A stretch of 64,000 nt of DNA from Tubulanus polymorphus (lineage: Eukaryota; Animalia; Nemertea): assembly GCF_964204645.1 (NCBI RefSeq), contig NC_134032.1:2628175-2692174 (forward strand), written 5' to 3'. Each line of letters starts with the position of its first letter. The first letter of the stretch is position 1. Below the pieces are notes generated by a model. It saw only the letters and a program-made list of their open reading frames with translations, was not told the origin of the DNA and ran no database searches. Below are positions 1-13,719 of the stretch, one piece after another. The position numbers were made by a program, and so were the translations under genes.

Positions 1-205
1 GAGATTTTGCAAGGTGAGTTAATGTTTCATTACCACACTGGGCTTAAAATGGGCTTGTGATCTCTCCATAGAAGGCTGGGTCTGTGTACCTGCTGTTATT
101 GCATTCACTTTTCCATATTTGAGATTTGGCCATGCGCTTATTGGTTTTAAAAAACATTGACTCGGTAATGCTGTTTCTCGTTTCCATATGAGAAATTGCT
201 GAAAT

Positions 206-663
206 ATGCTTAATCAACAACAATCAAACATCATTTTCTTAGCGACCGCTGGCCATAGCCTGTGTATTTGTGGTCAAGCAGGTACTGGCAAGTTGTTTTG
301 TTTGCACCATATATATAAAACCATGCGTAGAAATGGTAAGGTGGAATCAGTTTGTGCGAGTACTGGCATAGCATGCCTCCAGCTAAGCAATATGAATGCA
401 AAGACTTTACATAGTTGGAGTGGTATTCAAGATGGACGATATTCGAAATCTGAATTATCTCATCGGTTTTTACATAATTCTTCATTATCCAATGTAAAGT
501 CTGCTATATCTGAGACAGAGGTTTTGATCATTGATGAAATCTCGATGATATCCCATCATGTTTTCGAACAGCTAAAGTAGGTTTGTCGGTTAGTTCGTAA
601 TAATGATAGTAATTTTGGAGGATTGCAAGTATTCTTAGTGGATTGCAAGTTATTCTTACAGGC
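206..663 (+). pseudogene. PIF1-family helicase fragment, probably transposon-derived
   Basis: Walker A GQAGTGK, ASTGIA, TLHSW, Walker B IIDEISM. In-frame stop at 578-580; homology continues as NFGGLQV and a short duplicated GLQVILTG, then is cut by a tandem repeat. Confidence 0.85.
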
Positions 664-935
664 GCGCATTTGATCAATGCGCATGCGCTTATCATAATTA
701 TAAATTTATTCTGTAAAATTGAAATGAGCGAACATAGAAAATTCAAACGCATGCGCACTGGGCAAAAGCGCGCACACAGGCGCGCTTTTGATCAATGCTC
801 ATGCGCTAATCATAATTATATATTTATTCTGTAAAATTGAAACGACGGAACATAAAATATTCAAACACATGCGCACTGGGCAAAAGCGCGCCTGTAAGCG
901 CGCGTTTGATCAATGCGTATACGCTAATCATAATT
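661..935. repeat. Tandem repeat, ~118-bp unit, ~2.3 copies
   Basis: TTTGATCAATGC...ATCATAATT...CATGCGCACTGGGCAAAAGCGCGC recurs near 668, 787 and 905. Confidence 0.85.
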
Positions 936-1198
936 CAAACGGCCGAACATTCACCAAGCAGATTTACACAATACATTTACAAGTATGTTCGGTTGTTTCA
1001 TCCAATACATTATTTGATTTCTATAAATAATAAAAAAAACCAATATTACTGAAATACGCGTAATTATTCATCTCCCGTTGAGGAAAAACTTGGTATGTGT
1101 TTAGTCTTAACTAAACTTGACTAGACTGCTATACTAGACTATCTATCTTTGTAATCATTATTATCTGTGGCATTTGCTTTCTCCATATTTGTAATCAA

Positions 1199-1199
<1 letters not shown>

Positions 1200-1260
<61 letters not shown>

Positions 1261-1263
1261 CAA

Positions 1264-1304
<41 letters not shown>

Positions 1305-1320
1305 GTTATCATTATTATCT
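1200..1320. repeat. (ATT)n microsatellite
   Basis: Direct reading. Confidence 0.95.
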
Positions 1321-1354
1321 TTATATGTATCTATCACTTAGTTTATTTTTTTTT

Positions 1355-1510
1355 CTCAGGGCAATCCCCCTATCAGGCTCAGCCCCTAGGGCTTGGGGTT
1401 GTCCTTCTTATATATGTCTATTTATCTATGCAATCATATCCAAAGAAACTATGTTTATAATCTTGTACATATTATAAGTAAATAAATCATTCAATGTTCA
1501 TTCAATGTTG
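1355..1510 (+). mobile_element. Probable LINE (CR1/L2-like) 3' end
   Basis: Stem AGGGCAATCCCC...GGGGTTGTCCTT, then AATAAA and an ATTCAATG-repeat tail. Confidence 0.4.
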
Positions 1511-1529
1511 GATTAACATCAAAACAATA

Positions 1530-1742
1530 AAAACCCTGCCCTGGTGTATAAAAAAATTAACTCATCTAAATTTATATCCACCAGAGCGGACTGAATCAAG
1601 AACCCTGCCCTGGTGTATAGAAAAATGATCGTATCTAAATTTATATCGACCAGAGCGGACTGAATCAAGAACCCTGCACTGGTGTATAGAAAAATGATCT
1701 TATCTAAATTTATATCCACCAGAGCAGACTGAATGAAGCCCA
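1530..1742. repeat. Tandem repeat, 69-bp unit, 3 copies
   Basis: AACCCTGCCCTGGTGTATA...TCTAAATTTATATCCACCAGAGCGGACTGAAT repeated three times. Confidence 0.9.
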
Positions 1743-2314
1743 GGCCAAGGGGAATCATGTCCTGTGATTGATCATGTATGAATAATGGATTCGTTAGACA
1801 TAGATTCAAAAATTAGTTATCTTACAATAATTAGGCCTATTTGAACGTTGAAAATGAAGTAGATTGGATGTATTACTGTGATCACAAACTTCGGCGCTCA
1901 AACTTCAAAATTACGAACTGTTGAAGTAGCATACCTATCGAGAAGGGTCCCTTGTCTTTTTACAATAGTACTAGGATACACTGGGGTCAAAAACTGTTTG
2001 TTTCAGGCCCCTATGCGCCGAATTTACGACATCCTCGTGTTCGAACTAACCGCCGATCAGTGTGCACATTTGTAAGCAAAGTATTAAAACGCACCCCGCA
2101 TTGGACTAGAGCATGCGCAGAAGAAATATGCTGTAGCAGATAGAAAACAACGCGCTCCCACATACATTATCGGGTGTGACTTAATTGATCACTCACAACC
2201 ACCTTTTGAAGGCTAGTGGGGAAGGTCTTATTCCAATTCAGTGGCTCTATCGCATGCGCATGAAGGTGTACGATTCAACGATAGTGTGAAAAGATGATGA
2301 AGAGAAAATATAGC

Positions 2315-2388
2315 GTATAGGGAGAGATTCGAACCCGGGTCAATAGTAGTTTGCTAGCGTAGCGTCTCCCCACTAGACTATTGAGCTC
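2315..2388 (-). repeat. tRNA-derived (SINE-head-like) sequence
   Basis: Minus strand has A-box-like TAGTCTAGTGG and B-box GGTTCGAATC at tRNA spacing; no clean cloverleaf. Confidence 0.5.
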
Positions 2389-3214
2389 GACGAAATCCAA
2401 TCGATTGTTTTAACTACATATTTAAAGCCTCACCTTTCTTTGCTTCACAAATGATTGCATTTTCTAAAGCTCGTTCCTTTGGTGAAATAATTAAAACTCA
2501 TTGAAATATCGGGTTTAGTATGGTATATGGCGAAATAGTTCGCGGAGAACTTACATTGGAATGAGTAATTCGGTCCTATTCACGACCGATTTTACTTGTC
2601 GGCAATGTCTCCACAATCTTGGACGGCATTTCCAAAGCCGGTGTGAAGCTACAATTAACAGCGTGCCATGCTAAAATTTGAAATCTAACTGGAGGAATAA
2701 AACCCAAACAACAAGTTCAACATAACCGTCCTACGGGATGGGTTTTTTAGGCCTGGAGTAGCTTCAACGGTCGGTTAAGTTCGTCTCACTGCTTGTTAGT
2801 AGATAATTTCCAAAAGTTTTCAGCTGGTTTTTGCGTTATGCTGATATTGAAATAGGGATGATCATCCCTCTTAGTTACTGTGATTTGATTTATACTAATT
2901 TGCTGTGTAGCGTACAAACCCGACATCAGTCTCACCGCCCGGGCACTTGTCACACCTGCCAGGCACCAGTCACAACGCCTGGGTACAACTCACACTAGCC
3001 GGGGATGAAATGGGGGCAAGATCAGAAATTGATGAGGCTTACATGTACTCAAAAGTTTTGATTAGCCCAAAGTAAAATTTAACCGGAAATTGTGTATTGT
3101 AAAGCATTCTAAAGAACTGTGGTCTGCGGGTGGTGAATGGTTGCAGGATTTTTCAAGCAGCGCAACCTGATTAAGGAACCAATGTATCAAAGCAAAATAA
3201 ACCGGACGTTGGGG

Positions 3215-3500
3215 TTCATTTAATTTTCATTTAATTTTCTTTTGATTTTCATTTCATTTTCATTAATTTTCATTTCATTTTCCTTTAATATTCATTTCAT
3301 TTTCATTTCAGTTTCATTTCATTTTCATTTCATTTTCATTTCATTTTCATTTCATTTTCATTTCATTTTCATTTCATTTTCATTTCATTTTCATTTCATT
3401 TTCATTTCATTTTCATTTCATTTTCATTTCATTTTCATTTCATTTTCATTTCATTTTCATTTCATTTTTGTCTTATTTTCATTTCGTTTTCATTTCATGA
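3215..3500. repeat. (TTTCA/TTTTCA)n microsatellite
   Basis: Direct reading. Confidence 0.95.
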
Positions 3501-4041
3501 TCATATCATGATATTTTGATAATTGTCTTCTATCTATATAACGTTTAACAGTTTATTTTCAAGAGAGTGCGCGATATGATCAACGAGAAAAACGCTAAAA
3601 TGCGTATTAGTCCACGCCCAGTCGCATCCCAGTGTTTATCAAAATACGCTTGGAGACAGTTAGCGATAGTGTCTTACGTGAATACGTTTGCAGGCAGATT
3701 GTTCTATCGGATTTTAATATTGAAGGCGAACTACGTAGTGTCCGCGAAGGTTCGTCTTGCATCTCTGTTTTCAGATTTTGAATATATTTTGGTCTAAAGT
3801 CCATTCCGGCTTCGCTATTGATCCAATTCCTCATATCTTTTTCGGTTAATGTCAACAAATCCGCTTGAGTGCAATCATTTGAGTGGGCTTGAAATCTATT
3901 CGGAAATACCATTGTATTTCCCGATTTATGCCCAGACTTTCTTAAACACGTCACCCGGACGTTTTAGACTCCACGATGAACCGATTATCAATTATTTCCG
4001 TAAACATCAGGAATTCAACAAACCATGCACGTTTTACAGGA

Positions 4042-7000
4042 ATGGTTACTGAAATGCAAGCTTTATGTATAGTTTTGTTGTCAGTAGTAGCAGCAACGAC
4101 GGTGGCAACAGCAGCGGCGGCAGCACAAGCACCAGGTAATAAGTCTCTTACGATTCATTGAAAGCAGTTAACGGTGCTTATTCTGATTGGTCAATAAGAC
4201 CGGTGCCCTCGGAAACGTACTCGCAGGCAAACGTGCACCAATCCACTCGATGGTGACCAGAAAGCGTGACATAAGCTTGTTTTGTAGCTAATGCTAGTTA
4301 ACTACCTGACGTATCACCTACATCGAATAGATTCGCCCTTTGATTATTTTTATAACAATAATTTAAGAGCAAAATTCATCACCGGATATGTCTGGTGTTT
4401 CCACACGAAAATCAACTCCAAAATCGTTTTAATTTATCTTGGTCAGCCCTTCTGCATTTGGTGATGTACGTATAGAAAAGGTTTGCAATTATCTTATTTA
4501 TATTATTTTATGATGTTTTTACTACAAGCAAGACATAAACGAAACTGCAATATGGTAACTAACCATAACGACTTCAGCGCCCCCACAGGTAAAAATATGA
4601 GGACCCTAGAGTGGCAATATGTTTATAAACAATAAGATCTGATCTATCGATTGATGTATGTTGCCAACCATTAACACAAAATGCCGTAATATCCAATTTT
4701 TTGAACCTTCGGCAGGCCGACTATTATTCATATCTGTCATGTTCGCGTGTATTGGGCCTTTCCGTTTTTCTTTCTATAAATGTATTGTATTGTTTGTTCA
4801 ACTCTGTGCAATGAGCTGATTGGGGAGCAATAAACTTAACTTAACTTCATTATTCAGTTATAATTGCAGCTATGATTTCCTATGTATTTATGTGCGTCAA
4901 TCCAACTTATTAAATCTATTCACTTTTATGCGAGTTTTTACATTACAGCAGTTAACGGCGGTTATACTACATGGGGAGGTTGGAGCCCTTGTTTCCAAAC
5001 TTGTGGCGGCGGGTCTCAGACGCGTTATCGATCGTGTACCGATCCAGCACCATCCAATGGCGGTTTGAGCTGCGCCGACCAAAACCTCGGACCTGATAGC
5101 GACTCGAAGCCATGCGAATTAGTAATTGCGTGTCCCGGTGAGTGTTTCATTGCGTTGGTCACCGACTAATAAAATTACTGATTTCAGTTGCTGAAACGTT
5201 AAGCGGTGGATAAATACCGTAGAAACAATGAACTTAATTGTCACTGGTTAACCCTGAACAATCTTTTAGGCCTTTTTGAATTGCTTGGTTTACGGGAACC
5301 GCCTCCGAAATTTAAAGAAAAGTCAAATGAAAATATTTTATTTTTCTTATTCCCGTGCGTGGAACAAATTCAGTGAAAAAATGAGCAAAAAAAGTTTTTT
5401 TCACCACCGCCGAACAAGTATCCTGGCTGGAATGATATAAACATTGGAAAACGCGAGTTTTTTTTATCTCACTGTGCAGAATTCGAACTTCCCAAGAAAC
5501 ATTTGTTTGGATAGATGTACAATGCCCTATCGGCAGTTCCGTCTTCCTTTAAAAAGGGATTTTATTTCAATAAGGGATTTTCTTTTAAATTTCTATTTCC
5601 TCCTCAGAAGTGATATTTGAATAGGTCTACCGCGTAAACCGAGCAGCTATTAAAAAGGCCTCAGGACCTGACTCCAGGGTAATCCGAATTGGTGATTGCT
5701 AATTTCACCCAGAGTGTTTCACCTGCACTGAAAAGATTCGCCCTAGCTAGTTTGTCTTCATATTGATACAGACTATGTATTTGTGTGTGGGTCAATCGGA
5801 CTTATCCTAATTCAGATAATCAGATGATAATCCAGAATTCGGATAAGGCCGAATCATCTTTTTCAGTCGCAACTCTTTACCGTAAAAACCAGCGTAAATT
5901 ATTTGGTCCGCTGAGATTTCGGCCCCGATTATATCACTCATTGACCATGAGTTTACTGAGTACGTACGCAATCAATATTGATGACGAAGGCAAAGTTTCA
6001 TTAGGGTAAGGTTAGCAGTGGGTGAGGTCATGGTTTGGGAATTGGAGAATTGTACAAATTAGTATATAAGTCTAAGGTTTTGGTTCAGGGAAAGAAGAGA
6101 ACAGGAGGGAGCTAATAATTTAACAATAGGAAGAAGAATAACAGAAACAGTGTGATCATATAAGCAAGACGTGTTAGCACTTTATATCTGCCTGATCGAG
6201 GAAAGAGGAAGATCCAGCGGTACGAGATTAATAAGAACAACAATAGAGGAGAGTCAGAGGACACAACACTGGTGGGTAACTTCGTGACACAACAAGTTGT
6301 GGGGAATCGAGTGGAATAACTAGGTACAGATTGTTACGTGACATATCAGTGGTTGAGATTGTAGTTTTATAACAGGCATATATATGAGGACGATTGAAGT
6401 AGAACATTAGAAGAAGTAGAATTTTTAAGCTACCTAGGTACGGCTTCAAATAGACTGCTGGCCGATATGTTCTAAGAGATGAGGGGGAAGAAAGGAATTT
6501 TGTATGAAGGAATGGAATGAGGGAAATTACAATGAATCAGTTTCTTGATCACATTTCAAAAGTTATCTTAATTTTGGCTATTTAAAAGGTCTTTCGGAGA
6601 AATAGTGAGCGAGTTTCTCGGAACGGAGCTTTACAAAATACGTGTATCGTTTCTCGTCGTCGTCGTCGTCGTCTTTGTTGTCAATGAAGATCGAAATATT
6701 CATCATCTTTATTTCCAGCTCAAAACTTTTGCGACTCGACCAACGACTGCGGGTGGATGTCGATTGCATCGATACAGAGAATTCTTATTATTGTAAATGT
6801 CAGGATGGTTTTGTGCTCAGCGCTGATCGAAATCGGTGCAAAGGTAAGCAGGCATGCAATTTCTTATTACCGACTGCCCCGTGTGCCATTAGCTATCAAT
6901 TCAGGAGACGTATTAGCCGATTGTTTGTTCCTGTATTTTTTTCTGTTTATTTCTATCAACGGTTAAGGCATTTATTTGTTTGATAGGTAGATTTCGCTTG

Positions 7001-10000
7001 ATTTGTCTTGATTTGGTGTCCTTCACAAACCCATCACTCACACCTGCATTTTCATTCAAACAATCTCGAGATCTTGGTAATAACTGTTCTACAAGGTTAA
7101 TGATCATTACATTTTGGCCGTTTTCCACATGTAAATAGTCCGATTATAGTTCGTGTTGACGAGATTGAAAAGAAAGAAATTTCGAAACGCAAATAATCAA
7201 CCTACACAATTTGATTATGCCAAACGAATGCTAAAACATTTTCATAAAAGATCCTACCTTTTTGTAATTATCAACAACCTAATAATTACCTGGTGAAATT
7301 AGCAGGGATGAGGTGCACGATTCTGAATTTTCAAATTTTTCACATTGCCATTTTTTCACATTAAAAAAACAGTTCTTTTCACATTTTTTTCATACGAAAA
7401 GCTAATTTTTTTCGCATTTTTTACACAACATACCAATAGATAATCTTCTTTTTCTACGTGATTTTATGCAAGAGGGAAGTTTCCAGTTACCAGGCGCCTT
7501 TTGAGTCCCGCATAGTTGGGCGGATTTTTACATTTTTACAGTAAAACTTTTAGCACGATTTATCGTCGTCCATCTTCATTTTGCCACAAAATTAAAAGTT
7601 ATGGTTGGTTAGAAAGGTAATTATTTTCTGATGGAGTTATTTCTATTTGCTCGGCTGCAGCGTTCGGACGCGGTTAGAATTAAAAGGAATTTTCACACAA
7701 AAGTTTACTTAGCAGGTTTTTTTCAGATGCGTAGTTTCTACAGACCGGTACTTTTATTAACAATATTGATAACTATAACAAATTGGAAGACACTCGATAT
7801 CGCTGCTTTGCAGCTATATTCGTTCTTCTTATCTTATCATTCTTCGTTCAATCGACAGTGTCAACATGTTATATTTCACAGCATCAATAATCGTACGTAT
7901 TTGTTATAACAATATGTAAAGGTTTCCGTTCGATTGTTATTTCCCTTTACACAGAACTGAATTGCGCATGCGATAGCGGTTGGACGCGAGCATCGCCAGG
8001 CAAATGCTTCAAGTACACTGCGTCGGGCCGGGATGACATTCGCTCACAATTGGCCAAGATCGACAACGCAAACGAAAACGAAGTGGCCAGAAGTAAGTAT
8101 GCCATACATTTTTCGGAGCAATTTTTCGATTTGTTAAATCTTGTTCACTCCCGTCCAGAACCTTTTGAAAAATACGCAATAATTTTGGGTTTTCTGGTTT
8201 TTTTCACCTTTTTTGATGGATGATATAATACATGATTAATTAATGATTTCGTATCTGCTGGTACAGTATTGAGGCTAAAGTGATCGGAGAACGCCGGCCT
8301 TAAAAACCGGCCCAGTTTTTTCTATATCGGTAAACGAACTTTTCTATCACCGCTTTTTTATAGAGCTCATACCGAACTACACGGGCGCGTTTATTGGTTT
8401 TAGGAGACCGTTCAAAATGGTGAGTGTGATGAAATCTTGGACAAGCCACCTTATTTTCACTGAGACGAACAACGTCAGACTATACTTCAACAGGAAAGAA
8501 CACTAACGTCCAATCAAGGGCAATAATTCAATTCATTTCAAAAATATCTTGATCTATACGGTTATATCCATACGGATTTGGACGTACGGAGTAAACAGAT
8601 AGGAAATAAAAATAAAAAACTATACAATTGCAACATATTACCGATTACAGATGAATACACGATATGATAATGGACAGGTGCAACGCAGATTTCCCCGCCA
8701 GATGGCGTGGCGAATACTCGGTATCAGTTAATTAGCAATGAACTTCAAATTAGATTTTTTGGCTACCGAATCCATACATTAGCATATGACCCAGCAAATA
8801 TACTTTGAATTGATTTAAAGTTCAAAAATATGTAGTTTCAATAATATTTGATCGATTTAAGAGAAAAGACCATTCGGTTTTCATTGAAATTTAGACGAAA
8901 TTAAACGCAAATGACCGAGCATAACTACTATGGAGCGAACCTAGTGGACCCTCGCTTGCTACAAGAGCGTTGGTAGTTGGTAGTTATGAAATAAGGATCC
9001 ATAAACGTAAATGGAGTCTGCGGTGCATTTTTAGACATCTGCCATTGAAAATTTTGCAAAACTTTGGTGACCACATTCATAACAGACCATGATAAATTGT
9101 AGGACTGAGACCTGGAAAAAAGGAGCACCCGCAGCAATTCGACCCATCGGCTGTCGTCAACCGTAAAAACGTTTTATTGCAGGCATACTCAAATTGGAAT
9201 TGGGATGAACCTAACAATAGACCTGCGCCTGAAAACTGTGTGGAAATGTTTCCAAATAATGGAAGGTGGAATGACGTCGACTGCGCATACTCGAAACCCG
9301 TGATTGAATATTATTCCTGTAGTTGTCGTGGCGGTTACGAGTTAAGTGATGATAAAAAGAAATGCATCGGTACGTAGTGCACCGTCTTCTTACTCATAAC
9401 TTCTGCAGATATGAACAGATCTGCTTGACACCCCCTCAGACAATCCACTGTCGGTACCCTGCACCCCCTCAGATAGTCTGCTGTCTGTACCCTGCAACCC
9501 GTCAGACAATATGCTCGCTGTACCCTGCAACCCCTCAGATAGTCTACTGTCTGTACCCTGCAACCCCTCAGATAGTTTACTGTCTGTACCTTGCACCCCT
9601 TCAAACAATCTGCTGGCTGTACCCTGCAACCCCTCAGACAATCTGCTGTCTGTACCCTGCAACCCCTCAGACAATCTGCTTTTTGTACCCTGTACCCATT
9701 CAGATAATCTGCTATCTGTACCCTGCAAACCCTAAGACAATCTGCTGTCTGTACCCTGCAACCCCTCAGACAATGTGCTGTCTGTGCCCAATAACCCCTC
9801 AGACAATCTGCTGTTTGTACCCTGTACCCATTCAGATAATCTGCTATCTGTACCCTGCAACCCCTCAGATAATCTGCTATCTGTACCCTGCACCCTGTGT
9901 TGTAAATTGATGTTCGGTTTGCTACTATAGAATTTGATTGTAGTCTAGTTTAGCATTAGTACTGTAGGATTTGTACCTCTTTACTGAACTCCTTCATGCT

Positions 10001-12960
10001 TGAAAGAGCTGCAGCAATTGTAAGTTATGAATTTCTAGGAATACAATAGGTTAATTTTCCTCAGCTTAAATTCAATTAATTACTTTCTATCTTTGTGGCA
10101 AACTTGAGACGCCGAGTTTGATTTAAGCTAAGTAGCTAAGTTGTGTAGATTTGTCGCGGACTCGTTTCGCCTGTTCGGAACACCCTGCACCCCGTCGGAC
10201 AATCTGCTGTTTGTGCCCAGCACCCCTTCTGTACCCATCTCCCAGACAATCTGCTGTCTAACATGAAATTGCTTTTTTTAGATATAAACGAATGCGCTTT
10301 AGGGCTCGACAAATGTGGTCACGTGGGAACGTGCGTCAACACTGAGGGTTCCTATCGGTGTAACTGTAGCGACGGTTATGAATTAAGCGCCGACCAGAAA
10401 CGATGTGACTGTAAGTTCCATCATTCCAATCGCTCTCGTCGATTATTATTCTCATTCCTCATTCTTCTTGTTTTTCCCTCTCCCTCTTAATCTCCCTCTC
10501 CCTCCCTCTCAATCTCCCTCCCTCTCCCTCTCAATCTCCCTCACCCTCCCTCTCTTTCTCAATCTCCCACTCCCTCCTTAATAAGAAAGCATTCTCAATT
10601 CTATTTTTGTTTTGCCGGTGAATATTTTACACATCCCAGTTTTACAACAAAGCTGATAGCACTCCTAACTTCACATTTTAATCAAAAGCACGGCGATTAA
10701 CATCCTCCAGAGATTGCCACGGTACGAAACCCTGCCACACTAGACCGAGTGCGCAGTTACACGCGAAGCTTAGATGATGTCATTATCAGCCAATCGGATA
10801 TCCCGTTTGATTTAAGCTCGGGTTTTCCCTTTTATAGTTCGTACGTGAAAGCGATTAAACAACGAGCAATCGCATTGGTGCCGCAAGTTTTTGTGCGGCA
10901 AAGTTGCGCGTGTACTTGCGCACCTGGTCTAGTGTGGCAGGGGTTCGTACTGTGGCTGAGTGTAGCGATGTCATTAGGTTCGAATCCCTGCCGCGGGAAG
11001 ATGGGTGATAAAAGGGCCTTTTCTATTCCTATTTCATACGGATGCAGTTTCAGCGAATTGTGGTTGGATCCCGGTGGGAAACAACAAATGTTTCAAGATT
11101 TCTGCGCTTGCTAGTACGTTCAATCGGACCAAACTTTGTCCCGGCTTTTCAATAGCTGAAGTGGAGAGCTGGACTGAAAATCAAGCGGCCAGAAGTAAGT
11201 ACAGAAAAGAGTCGATGATGATACACCTGGGTCTCGTACGTAGAAGGCAAGTGTGCTAACCCGTAGACCAATCGAACCAGACCAAGTTCGGTAGATATGA
11301 GCTTCTAGTTGTCCGTCGATTTACATTTTTACTTTAATAAGATCACTTTTAATAGTGACGATATACAAATTCAAGATACCTACCGACCATCTTCGCCCAA
11401 CCTTCTTCGCTTTTATTCGGATTGAGAAAATTGCGATTTTGAAGTTTATAACCGTTTTCATTAGGGCTCATTCCCGCAGACTACGGATCAACGTGGCTTA
11501 ACTTCACTAGACCGTTTACAATGGTGAGTCTATTTGGTAGTTAGTAGCTTTTCCATGTAAATTGATTAACTGGTTATATATATATATATATTCAAAAGAC
11601 CGTATCAATGTTGATTTTGATGGCTTTATCAGGCGCCCTCGAGGGGTCCACTTAACTAGACATGGGAAAAATGAATTACGATATTAGCTAGATGAATTTT
11701 GCCACCAAGACTTTTCAGCGACAAATATTTTGTCAATGTTTTCTAACAAACTAGTTCATTCATTCCATTCATTGATATACTCCAGCACATTAGCATTCGC
11801 TAGTATTGTTGGAGCGTGCGCGTCTGTGTTAAAAGAGGAAGGAAAAGAATGTGCATGGAAAATCTGATTAATAATAATGATAAAAGAGATAATGTACATT
11901 TTTAAAAACACTCAACAGGATTTCGGAATAAATCTAGGGTTGTGCCACAGATACCAGACTCCTGAAGGATACGGGTGACTGGGTAAGAACATCTAATGGA
12001 GGGAGAGTATTCACTTGGGCTTTGGAAATTGCTTTTGGAAAAAAGAGTACTTGTAGCAGTGTTTGTAGTTTCTTGAATGCTTAGAAACGACGCTATTTTC
12101 AAAAAATCTTATAATGGGAATAATTTATGGTTTTGATTATGTGGTCGGAAAGCGTCCATTATCGTATTCGAACATAAATTCATTGAGGAATAGGAAGTTT
12201 TAACAATTTTACGTCGAGCCTTTTTTGCTACCGGCCACACCTGCCTGGAAGGAAACGGGGTATTTTCATGAAATGGGATACCGAACAGATGTATTAGATG
12301 TATTGGGTACAGGTTAATTCTCTTTTTTGATCGATGTGTTGAACACTTCGGTTTCAGTTTGGATCCGATAAACAACCTTCCTAGACCAGGAAGTGACCTT
12401 AATGGGGACATGTTTGTCCATTGCCTAATCTAATGCCGACAACTTTACCCGTAGAGTAGAACATCATACTACTCCGGAAGCTAGCTCAATTGTCTTTCTC
12501 ATGCACATGACGTCGTGGTTTGTTCGCCAACCAGTTTGTTACTTACTCATGTTCGGAGTTAATATGGAAATTTAAACCATGACCATAGGGAGAAACTGAC
12601 CCCAACCAGACACGTCTGAAATTTGGCCCGTGTCAATTTAAAAGTGCACAATATTCACCAATTCGCATTCACACGAAGATTCATAATTTGGCACGGGCCT
12701 GGTCTTGCGTTTTGGGCGGACTATATTCTTCCCGTTTTAAACAGGCATGATTCCGGCACCTCCACGCGCGGGCTCAGGTCAGAAATTATCGGTGATTGCG
12801 ATGAATATTATTTCAGAACTACAGCAACTGGATGCGGGGAGAACCAAACAATCGGAACAATGAAGAAAATTGCGTCGAAATTCAACGCTCTTATGGCGCA
12901 TGGAACGATGAACGATGCACTTCCAAACTTGTGCCTGCTGTTTGCTCGAAGGCTTGCTAA
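4042..12960 (+). CDS. Secreted multidomain protein: signal peptide - TSP1 - EGF - C-type lectin - EGF half - Ca-binding EGF - C-type lectin (10 exons, one apparent 1-bp frameshift)
   Basis: GT-AG exons 4042-4135 (hydrophobic leader), 4949-5137 (TSP1: WGGWSPC..TCGGG.QTRYRSC), 6719-6843 (EGF), 7955-8092, 8364-8419, 9183-9369 (CTL1: EPN, WND; then CSCRGGY..C), 10282-10410 (DINEC..CVNTEGSYRC), ~11048/11054-11194, 11465-11523, 12817-12960 (CTL2: EPN, WND, stop). All phases are compatible except exon 3, which is 125 nt. Confidence 0.85.
7785..7820 (+). mobile_element. Orphan Helentron/HINE-type 3' end
   Basis: GCTGCTTTGCAGC hairpin followed by TATATT, nearly identical to the terminus at 19358-19376. 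Confidence 0.5.
9408..9897. repeat. 33-bp minisatellite, ~14-15 copies, intronic
   Basis: Unit CAGACAATCTGCTGTCTGTACCCTGCAACCCCT; degenerate copies also at ~10180-10260. Confidence 0.95.
10716..10956. mobile_element. MITE with ~55-bp imperfect terminal inverted repeats
   Basis: GCCACGGTACGAAACCCTGCCACACTAGACC at left; GGTCTAGTGTGGCAGGGGTTCGTACTGTGGC at right. Confidence 0.75.
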
Positions 12961-12976
12961 TAACAACAAAATATGC

Positions 12977-13115
12977 GACGAGGCGAAAAGCACTTTAGAT
13001 AGGTTAACTATAGTTTTCTAGACTAATTCGCCTATGGCGAAACTACTATACATAAGTAACGAAAACTCGTGCGGCTAATTAACTAGTTAACCTATAAAGT
13101 ACTAGTAGTCTCGTC
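12977..13115. mobile_element. Small MITE just after the lectin gene stop codon
   Basis: GACGAG...ACTTTAGATAGGTTAACTA inverted against TAGTTAACCTATAAAGT...CTCGTC. Confidence 0.6.
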
Positions 13116-13719
13116 ACCGGAGAGCCTATCTTAAAATTTTTTACCCGATTTACTTATCTTAATCCTTATGATTTAAATGTATCGTACTTGAAACGGTAAT
13201 AACGGTATAACTCCACAGCTCTGCGTGCATACGCTTAGTTGTTTCCTTTTTAAAAATATGTCCATTTGCAGGCTCGAAAAAGTAATCCATTTTTTTAAAC
13301 TATCAGGTTTTCACCGACAAGTTCGCTCTATCAATTCCACCTGCTCGGTCAGGGTTTATGTCAGCTTTTTATTATCAGGCTTATTATTATTACCATATTT
13401 AGTGCTGTGTATCCAAGTAAAAGTACATGCTGAAAATCACTTACAGCATATTAAAAGATCTTCTGAATAAAATCACGATATTCTATTCGGACCAACAGTC
13501 TTCTCTTCAATAGATTGAGTCGATACTATGTGAGAGGTCGATTATCCGGACCGTATCTTTTGGATAGGGCCTTTTAATCTTCATGGGCCTTTTAATCTAC
13601 ATGGGACATAGTGGTCTTGGAATCGTAAGTCGAGTCATAAAGCTCAATTTTGCTGAATGAAGCGAATGGGATTTCGTTTCTTTTTATACAATTAGAAACG
13701 TGTCCTTAATTTGTGCTAT

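Noticed and set aside
3242-3511. 89-aa Phe/His/Ile-rich ORF
   Set aside because: Translation of a TTTCA microsatellite.
9362-9910. Cys/Pro-rich repeat ORFs on both strands; CRISPR-like periodicity
   Set aside because: A 33-bp intronic minisatellite with no unique spacers; frames stay open because the unit is a multiple of three.
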